From: Rotaria socialis
Taxonomy: Eukaryota
Assembly: GCA_905331295.1 (NCBI GenBank)
Contig: CAJNYD010000293.1
Location: forward strand, 62,001 to 126,000
Reading direction: 5' to 3'
Length of the DNA: 64,000 nucleotides
This document shows, one piece after another, positions 54,401 to 64,000 of the stretch. A model generated the notes under the pieces. That model had not been told where the DNA came from. It worked only from the letters and a program-made list of their open reading frames with translations, and made no database searches. Made by a program: the position numbers and the translations under genes. How positions within the stretch are numbered: position 1 is the first letter of the stretch; each line of letters begins with the position of its first letter.

Positions 54401-57400
54401 AACTGGTCCTATGTTAATTCTTGAACGTATATTAAAAACAATGTGCCAGTATGTTTCATAATCACGTCTTTTTGTTTCTAATAGATTAATTAAAATAATG
54501 GATCATGTGTTCTCATTTTGTTTTACAGTGATTATGGTTTTGATTTTCTTGAGTTTCGTTTATGGATTGGTATTTGGGTTTGCGTAATGTTATCAGTATT
54601 TGTGACATTTAACTTGAGTTTTCTCGTTAAATATATAACACGTTTTACTGAAGATTGTTTTGCGTCATTAGTTGCATTAATATTCATTTTTGATGCAATC
54701 CGTGAAATATTGCACATTCGCGTAGTCTATCCAATCAATTATGCACCGAAAATTCCGTTAAATTATTCTTGTTTTTGTAAGATAGCTGGTATTGGTGTTA
54801 GTCACAATAAAACAGTACTGTCTTACAACAATACAATCAATTATCTAGTAAATGCAGTAAATTTAAATGAAACATCTAAAATGGCATGCAAAAATCTAGG
54901 CGGTCGTGTTTTTGGTGCTGGCTGTACAACACCTGACTATCATCCTGATATATTCTTTCTTTCCGTACTATTATTTGTCTTTACATTTTTTATTTGTATG
55001 GGTTTACAAGAATTTCGAACTAGCTCATTCTTTCCATCAAAGGTAAATAAAGAACCAAAAACAATTCCATTAGATAATTATTTATATACATATATTTGTT
55101 TTTGATAACATTTAGATTCGATCAACTCTTGGCGATTTTTCTGTTTTAATTGCAATTGTAACAATGTCGGCATGGGATGCATATTTACGTTTAGATACAC
55201 CGAAATTACAAGTACCAAAAGAGTTTAAACCAACATTACCAAATCAACGTGGCTGGTTAGTACCATTCTTTGGTAAAAATTCCCTTTGGGCTATACCAAT
55301 AGCAATCATTCCAGCTATAATAGCAACAATACTCATTTTTATGGATCAACAAATTACAGCTGTAATTATCAATAGAAAAGAATTTAAATTAAAAGTAAAA
55401 ATGAAAATTATTTTGTTTGTCTTTCTAATCAATTTTCTTTTGCAATTAGAAAAAACTTGGTTATCATCTTGATTTATTTGTTTTATCTATTTCAATATTA
55501 GTACAATCACTGCTTGGTTTACCTTGGTTCGTAGCAGCCACTGTCTTAGCTTTAACACATGTTAATGCATTAAAAATTATGAGTGAAAATTCAGCACCGG
55601 GAGAAAAACCAAAATTTGAAGGCATTCTGTAAGAGTCTTTCGATAAAATATAGATTTTAGAAATTTTCATGTTTTTCTATTCAGTGAACAACGTGTTAGT
55701 GCACTTTTAATGTCTATTTTAACTGGTCTCAGTGTATTATTTACCAATGTTTTGGGCGTATGTATTTTAAAAATTGATTTATTTTAAATGGGAAAACAAA
55801 ATAAGTAGAATAATTAAAGTTCAAGCTCCTCTTTTTTTTTAGAGAACAGATTCTCAAAGAGTTGAACATATTTCAACAGACGGTTAGTGTCAAGAGAATT
55901 CTTTCATTCGATGGGCTAAATTATCTAGCTATACATAAATATAATAACTTAAATGCAGAGTGGTTGGCATGCTATTAGATGCTTGAATCGTGACAGGAAT
56001 CATTGAAAAAGAAAAAGTTTACAATTAAAAAGTCAATGATTATCGCAATTAGTAGTACTTATTAAGCATGTACTTTTACCAGCATGATTCTTAGAACCTA
56101 TTAAACATGACTATAAATTTTTATGATGCAAATATGTTTATGACATGAGAACTTGTGGCATGTCAAGAATAGACATTTGCATATAGTGAGAATCTGCGCA
56201 ATACAATATATATTCATAGTGCTTCTAAGACGGGAACAAACAACATCTATATAAAGCAAACATGCATTCTTATGTTAATGTTGCAAAATATTGTCTGATT
56301 TTGACAAATAATTTCGAAATCGCATTGTTGTTTGTAGCTATTTTTCTTATGACGTCAAGACTGAAGCTGCATCATTAATTATATGCAAATTTCTGACTTA
56401 CTGAAAAATGATAATTTGCTCGTCGAAATAGATGCATGGAATGTTTTACTCGCGATATTAAAATGAATAAGATAGATCGATGTGTGAAAAGTTTTAAAGA
56501 ATATGTTCTTTTATTTTGACAAAGAGAATTTAATACTGCTAGAATTAGAATTTGTTTTTGCAGAGCTTTGTAATCAGTTTTCACGCGTAAAAAGTGTGGG
56601 GTGAGGATGATATCAATAATTCATGATGAAGTAGAGAATATAGTTGTATTCTGTTGAAGTCAGTTTTATTATGCTTTGCGGGTCATTTTTATCGTTAATT
56701 TGTTAAAAAGCACCTATTCCACTGCGTCCTAGTTTTTTTTCTTCACTTGATTACATCAGGTTTAGAATATTTTTAGGATTTCTACCGTGATAATGGACTT
56801 CCTTCTTAATAAAAATGTCGTTTATTGTATGTTTTCTTTTAGTACTAGCGTTGTAAATCATACTCTTTGAGACTATCCTTTGAAAATCGAACTAATGAGC
56901 ACGAATGAGTGGTGTTCTGTGTATATCTAAAAAATAAGAAATAACCAGCATGCCATTGGTGATAGACATCCTGAAGAAAATTGATAATCAAGAAATCTTT
57001 ATGTGGTGAAATGTTTACTATAGCATTCTTTGTATGTAGAATAAATTTCATTTTTACCGTCGAGCAATAGTCGAAAAATTTTAAAACTTTATTTCATATC
57101 TTTCAAAGATCTGTTCGTTAAATGGAAAAAGAAATACTAAATTTCTATTCAAAATCACTATTGAATAGAATCTGTTCACTATGATAATTATTCGAAAAAT
57201 AAAAGACCATTTCGTCTAAAATTGTTCAATATACTCTTTAATATGTAGTAAACTTGACATTAATAGTAGTAGTTTATTAAACCACGGTTCGGGAGTGTGA
57301 AGTTATCGAGCTAGCTACTATGTTTTCAAAGTAAATAAAAAGAAACATACTGATCTATATTTAACCAGATTTTGATTAATTACTAAAAGTAAAAGTATGT

Positions 57401-58847
57401 TTGATTCTTAATTTGTTAAACATTCATTTTCAACTTTTAGTTCATTCCAATGCCTGTTCTCTATGCTGTTTTCATGTTTATGGGTGTTTCAGCTATACGA
57501 AATATGCAAGTATGTAACTGAATATAGTTCTCTATTGAAATAAAATTGAAATATAAATATAGATCTTTGATCGAGTTCTATTGATACTCATGCCACAGAA
57601 ACATCAACCTGATCATCCTTATTTAAGACATGTACGCATAACCCGTGTTCATTTATTTACGATTATACAAATAATTTCACTTGCTGGTATGTTCGCTATA
57701 AAAAGTATAAAATCTATAGCACTTGGTTTTCCATTATTGGTAAATTTTGATTCCTAAAAGAAAATAATTTCATCAGGAAGATAAACTCTAATTTAAGGTA
57801 CTTGCAACATGTTTCGTTCGGAAATTATTGGATAAAATGTTTACGCAAGAAGAACTTTTCTGGCTTGATGATATATTACCTGGCACTAAAATTGGTCGTA
57901 TCCGTCGCAAATCGATTGTTCGAAATGTTCATATGCCTAAACCGGGCGATGATGATAATAAGGAAACGATAACAGTAAATAAATTTTATTAAATTTTATT
58001 TTTCTTGTTTTTTCTTCAAAAACCAAACAGTATCATTTTCAGCTGCCAAAAACCAAGTATAATACTGAAGTTAAACAAGATGGATCAGGAAATAGTTTAA
58101 AATGCATTTCAGAGGTCGGTCACTTTTTCATAATCTGAATATTAATTTATATGAGATGAGCTTAGAATGTTTGATTTTTTTATGGCTTCTATATAAATTA
58201 TGCACAATATTTTGAGTCTTCTCTTTCATCTAGATTATAAATAATCCATCAGCAAAACAAGATTATATTAATGATGATCATATGCCAAATAATGATTCGG
58301 GTCAATTGCATACTCCACTAATTGTTGTCACAGAAGCATTGCCATCAGAGGAATCAGCAGCAGAAGAAGAAACCGTAAAAGTTCATTCCATGTTTTTTCT
58401 CTCAATTTTTAAGCAAAAAAAGCTAGGAAACTATTTTCACTAAAAACGAGATAAAAACGAAACTAAATATTTATTGGTGATGGAAAAGTTCGAGTTGCTT
58501 AACTTTTACACATTATTGCTTATAGGTCAAATCACAAGCAGCAAATAATAAAAATAATCAACCAAAAAGCTCTACACATGCACCATCGGTGACCTTTGTT
58601 GCTGGTCACCCTGAAGATGATTAAATATTGCTTGTAATAAAGATTGTCTTGTGTGAATTCTTCTTCTTCTTCTTCTTCTTCTTGTGCTTAATGCTTCTGA
58701 ACCACAGTACAGAGGAAACAAAATTATATCGATTGAAATTCTATTTAGGAAGAAGCCGAAAAATTATTGCATCGTGAATTATCATCAGAACAATATAACA
58801 ATGCAAATGGTAAATTGAAGCAAAGAACTGTCCAAACATCAGTTTAG
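51414..58847 (+). CDS. SLC4 family Na+-coupled bicarbonate transporter (NBC/NDCBE/NDAE1-like)
   Basis: WKEKAR|WVRFEE, RWSKPHV, VIPPSEWDPTIRIEPP, GQPLNILSATGP, a four-Cys extracellular loop, FMDQQIT (Asp as in Na+-coupled members), PWFVAATVL, EQRVS, KHQPD and LFWLDD. The start exon is uncertain; there are two candidate last exons (stop 58624 or 58847). Confidence 0.88.
58657..58683. repeat. (TTC)n microsatellite between the two candidate SLC4 terminal exons
   Basis: ttcttcttc... run of about 8 units. Confidence 0.85.
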
Positions 58848-61800
58848 AAAATATAAAAACAATTTTTTCACATTTTTGATTTTTATGTTAGCTATAAAAA
58901 AAAAATCTTTTTTTCTTCTTAATTAACTAGTGAATGCATGCAAAATATTTCATTTTTTTGTTGTCCCTTTTCTTCTTGTTCTTTTATCTTGATTATTTTC
59001 ATTATGTTGTGTACTTTTAGCACAACGAAAATCTTCTCTATTGTTTTCTTTGAAGTAAAACCAGCAAAAATATCGACTCTTTAGATAGAAAATAAATGAT
59101 AATGATAGCGCTCTTCGATAACGCTTAATTAAGGTTTTAGATAAAAGAAAGCGAAAGATTAAGATCAAGAAAATAATAAAGCCTATTGATCAAGGCATTT
59201 CCGCTGTTTTAAATTACATATTACTTCAAATGAGTAGCATGCTGAATTTTATAAAAATAAAAACAAAAACGGAAGAGAAACATATAATAACTACACACTA
59301 TATTTAAAAATAATGACTCCTTTTTTCCTGATTTTGTGGTATGGTACTTTTTTTCTATACATACAAGAAATCACATATGCTTCCATGAGTTAAAAAAATA
59401 GTATTTTTCCTTGAATGAAGCATTATATAACAAATGATAACATTAAAGGTAAGAATGAATCACGATAATCTATGATTACATAAGCCTAAAGCTTACGGAA
59501 ACTATGCGTAGGATTTATATAAGATTTGCCTATAAGTAAAACTCTGCGGACAAATTCATAATACTATATTAGTTCAATGCCGGTTTTTAATAATAGCCTA
59601 ATCATCGAAAACAAATTATGTAAAGACATAACAATTTATATTCATGCCCTTCGCAATCATATTAATTATCGAACATTTAAAGCTTTAAACAAAAGATTGA
59701 AGTGTGATCTTTCCAGAAAATAAATAAGAGTAATTTAATTTAAAAAAAGAAACTATGAAAATCATTGCTTATAATTTAACTGTATGCGCTTGCTAAACTC
59801 TTCCAATACACAAACAAGAATGTGTATATTTTTTTTTCGATGCGCCGTTGTGAAACTGTTCAAGAATAAATCATGACCTCGAAAAAAATCCTTAATGTCA
59901 TATTTTATTTAGTCAGCAAACAAATGATTCTTTTATTGAAATGAGACAGGAAAAAATATGTTTTTCTTTAATAAAGATAAGTAAAATGAGAAATGATCAT
60001 GTTTCTGCTTGCTCAAGCTTGAGAAAGCGTGGAAGAGAATTCCTAAGCATTTATATGCAGATCTGAGTGCTTCACTCTTTTGAATATATCAAAAAATAAT
60101 ATGTCAGTTAATGTAATAAATGATAATAATCTAGTGACGTTTCTATTGGCTAAATTATATTGCAGAATTTAATGGAGAAAAACAAGCAGAAAGGTCTGTT
60201 AATAATGAATAATTAATTATTTGATATGATAATCTCATTCTTATAAATATTGCACTTCATCATGATTAATACTGTCTAATATTTCATTTCATTTTCCTTA
60301 TTACCATTTCGAAAGAGCTCGATCATGTGAGAGTTGCATTTTCTATAAATAGAAAATCGCTTTGGCATTGTTACAATTTATAAGCATAAAATATATTTTG
60401 CTTTTAATTGAGAAAAGCTTTTACTTTTTTCTCTTTGTTTCATCAGGAACATGAAAAACTTTGTGTAAGTCACGCCCTGAACATAAAAAACTACATCGAC
60501 TTGAACAAGTTTTCATGTATTTCTCGTCAATTATTCTCGGACGTGTACATTATGGGTGTAAATTGCTGCTATGGAAAGATATTTTAGTTTAACTAACAGT
60601 TAGCTATTATTTTAACAATTCTAGTTACAATAAGCTTTACACAATATTTATTTGATTTTTCTTGCTATTATTATAACGCCTAGTTTTGTCTGCGATCTAT
60701 TCACATTGTCTAGTAAGTATCATTATGTTTTCTTAATGTACAAGGAAGGAAGTATTTAGACTAAAAAGAAAAAGAATATTTCTTTTTTGTTTCCGACAAG
60801 TACTTCGACTTCACACCATACACATGTAAATGCTATGTGATAGGTATGCAAGATCTGTTTTCTTTCTAGCATATGTTACCGCTGAACCAACCAGAAGATC
60901 GTATAAGATTGGAAGAAGTTAAAATCCTTTTTAGTATACTAATATAATTGGATGAAGACAAATAAAATTTCCTGTTTATTTTTCTAAGGAGAGTGTTCTT
61001 TGTCACCAGATTTCTTTTTTCTCTCACATCATGTTGTCGACAGTGCAGAAACCAATTCAACTTCGAAGAAAGAAAAATTTATTATTACAAGATCTTAATA
61101 TTTTTCTTCACTAATACTTTTATTTGATTCAGTAGATTTATATCTTTCTTTTGTTTTTATTTAAAAAGAATCCGAAATAGAACTGGTAACATAGTGGGGA
61201 AAATATATATTATGAATGGTGAAACCTTTCTGTCATTAGAATAATTAGAAAGCTTCTTGTTTCTGTTATGATCATTTGTCAACTTATTATTTTGAAAAGA
61301 AAACTATTTTTTCGAGAATGCATATATATATATATATATCGTTGAATCTTTGCGCTCGTTTATTCACGCCTCATTCTTTGTCTTATGGGAAACATGAACC
61401 TTTTTTCCTATTTCTCATCCTCTCGTTCGTCGTTCGTCGTTCTCTTGTCGCTTTTTCATTATCTCATATTTTACTCAGAAAAAGAAAAGAGAAGGTCCTA
61501 ATAGACCAGAAGAAAAAAAATCTGGATAGAGAGAAAAAAATTCTGCAAAAGAGGCAAGAGTTCTATCAAAGTAGCACAGTATAGCCGCGACTAGTATATT
61601 CAGAGCAAGATGCGACATTTTGCATTGAAAGACATAGACGGAGCCATTCTAATAAATAGTATACCGAACCAAAACAGGAAAATAAGTCATCCTATTTATG
61701 ACACAAAAAATAAAAAGAAGAACTTCAGGAAACTGAGAAAAATAACACTTAGTTGTGTCACCATGGGAAATGTAAGTGACATACATGTTCATTTTTTTTC

Positions 61801-62078
61801 CCCGTATAAATTTCTAGCCGTGGAAAATCTTCTGTAATTCTATAGCTATAAAGTCAAAGGTATGTATAAATAAATATCTTGTAAAAATTAAGATAGAGAA
61901 ACGAAGCTATTTTTGAAGAATCATCCCACTAAAAAGAAGAAAAAATATAGTAGACGAACTAAATGTGTTTCCTAAGTCAAAATATTCATTAATTTTTCTA
62001 TTTTTATATATTCCACAAAAAAAATTAATGCAAACATATATTATATTTTTAGATACAATTTCATTCTGTATTTTAAAT

Positions 62079-63635
62079 ATGTCGATCAACTTTAACAATA
62101 GTGGTTACAATCAACAGAATCTACATCCTTTCGCTTCACACCTAGTTAAAACTTCTGCGTTAACAACGGCTTCGACAACAGACGCTATCCTACTTGAAAA
62201 TCGTCCATCTATTATGGCAACATTCATATCACTATACACATTGATATTTTTCTTTGGAATTTGCGGAAATGCACTTGTCGTTCGTAAGTATGACACTCAT
62301 TTCAAGTAGAACAGAAAAAAAAGAAAATTCAATTTATACCATCTTCCTAGTTGTTGTTTGTCGTAATAAAGCTATGCAGACTGTAACCAATGTATTTATT
62401 ACTAATCTAGCTCTTTCCGATATTCTTGTAAGTAATCTATGATCAATAGTGATACAAATGAAATTCAATTTTATATATTTCTCTAAGATGTGTTGTCTCG
62501 CAGTTCCATTTACGCCTATATCAGCCTATGGTAGTACTTGGCATCTTGGTAGAGTACTCTGTCATTTAGTACCAATGTCATTAGGAATATCAGGTAACCA
62601 CAAATGATTATAATTAAAAATTGATTTATTGATTTTTCTTCTCAATAGTTTATGTATCAACACTAACCTCATTAGCCATAGCTGTAGACCGTTATTTTGT
62701 TATTGTCCATCCGTTTCGTTCACGTATGCGTCTAGGTGTGTGCATATTATTAATAATTGTTATATGGATTGTCGGTATTTCCATATCATTACCTTTAGCA
62801 ATATATATGCGCTTTGATCATGAAAAATGTGAAGTAAATGAAAAAGAAACAAACAGAATAAAAAACTTTGCATTTTTTTTCTTTGTTTTGTTTTATAATC
62901 CAATAGGAACATTGGCCACAGTATACATCACGACGTTTTTTTAATTTTTCATCATTAATACTACAATATTTAATTCCATTCTCCGTCATATCATTCAGTT
63001 ATTATAAAGTATGGGTTGCGCTGGCACGTCGCTCATTACCAGGACGTACTCGTATACGTGAAGAAGTGGAAATATGTCGTAAGAAACGCACAAATCGTAT
63101 GCTCATTGCAATGGTTGTTATATTTGCTATATGTTGGTTACCATTGAATATTGTTCATATGATTACAGAGTTTTATCGTTCACAATTAAGCCATTATAAA
63201 GTACTTTTTTTGAGTACACATGTCATAGCGATGTCATCAACCATTTATAATCCATTTTTATATTCGTGGTTAAATGATAATTTTCGTAAAGAATTTCAAA
63301 AAATTGTTCCATGCCTATTTAAAGTATGCTGCTGTTTAAATCGTCGTCAACCAAGTAATTTACCAACACAATTAACAAATGTGGGTGATGGAGATTTTTA
63401 TGATCGCCCATCAACATATCAGATACCAGCTGAATCGACTATAGCAACGTGTACGCAAAATCCCAGTCAAATGAAACAATCAACATCGAATGGAAAACTC
63501 AATGGTTTACCAATAAAAAAGTTAAATAATCAAGAAACTTCTTTTACAGTTCCAGCAGATGAAACATCAGGCTCATTAATTCCACTACACCAACAACCAC
63601 AAACAACACTTACTACAACAACTAATAAAAATTAA
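62079..63635 (+). CDS. Rhodopsin-class neuropeptide GPCR of the short neuropeptide F / prolactin-releasing peptide receptor type
   Basis: Five coding exons: GICGNALV, MQTVTNVFITNLALSDIL|MCCLAVPFTP, LCHLV, AIAVDRYFVIVHPFRSRM, RKKRTNRMLIAMVVIFAICWLPLN and HVIAMSSTIYNPFLYSWLNDNFRKEF. These closely follow protostome sNPF receptors. Confidence 0.88.
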
Positions 63636-64000
63636 AATATTTTTCTTTTATTTTGACATAGATATTTTCGTATATATTTCGATCTTGTCATTCTTAAAGA
63701 AAATATAGATCAATCATTGTTTGCGTGATTCTATTTTTTTTGTTAGTTCGTTTGCATATTCAATGAATAAAATAAAATTCTCAATATGAAACTTATTTGA
63801 TTGAATTATGTAGAAAGAAAACAAAAATCACATAATCAAATTTTGATCTCTATCAAACAAAATGGAACTGATGTTTTGCTAAAGTAACATAATAAATTTC
63901 TAAAACTACAGCATAATTTATTGTAGAAACGTAAGAAAAAAAGATTCTATTATTTCGTATAGAAACCATTTTTATTAAATTAGCTACAAATCAATCGTTT

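Noticed and set aside
1..64000. Horizontally acquired (bacterial or fungal) genes, CRISPR arrays or prokaryotic defence systems
   Set aside because: Every recognisable gene is a conserved intron-containing or typical eukaryotic gene. No regularly spaced direct-repeat array and no prokaryote-like ORF was seen.

Overview
AT-rich, gene-dense eukaryotic (metazoan) DNA. Many GT-AG introns are only ~50-70 nt, and the gene set and architecture suggest a bdelloid rotifer (inference, not proven). I can reconstruct 13 intron-aware protein genes plus the 5' part of a 14th. In order: a polyQ protein (partial, possibly CPEB/Orb2-like), USP6NL/RN-tre TBC RabGAP, POLE4-type histone-fold protein, C6orf136/DUF2358, OSBP, TMEM8/PGAP6, Artemis (DCLRE1C), TMEM35/NACHO, an atypical NPY/NPF-fold neuropeptide precursor, BDP1, PIGV, PPP4R4, a Na+-coupled SLC4 bicarbonate transporter and an sNPF/PrRP-type GPCR. 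Introns and spacers carry non-autonomous DNA transposons: a nested pair of Helentron/HINE-like elements, a single DINE-1-like element, a 370-bp palindromic CCCAG-ended MITE and a truncated GC-rich element. Most notable: (1) three same-strand gene pairs are only 81-105 nt apart, and each downstream ATG is preceded by a 3' splice acceptor with no strong donor in the spacer, the signature of operons resolved by spliced-leader trans-splicing; (2) the NPF-fold peptide keeps the PP-fold but has lost the RPRF-amide terminus. Gene names come from recognising motifs by eye; no database search was run.
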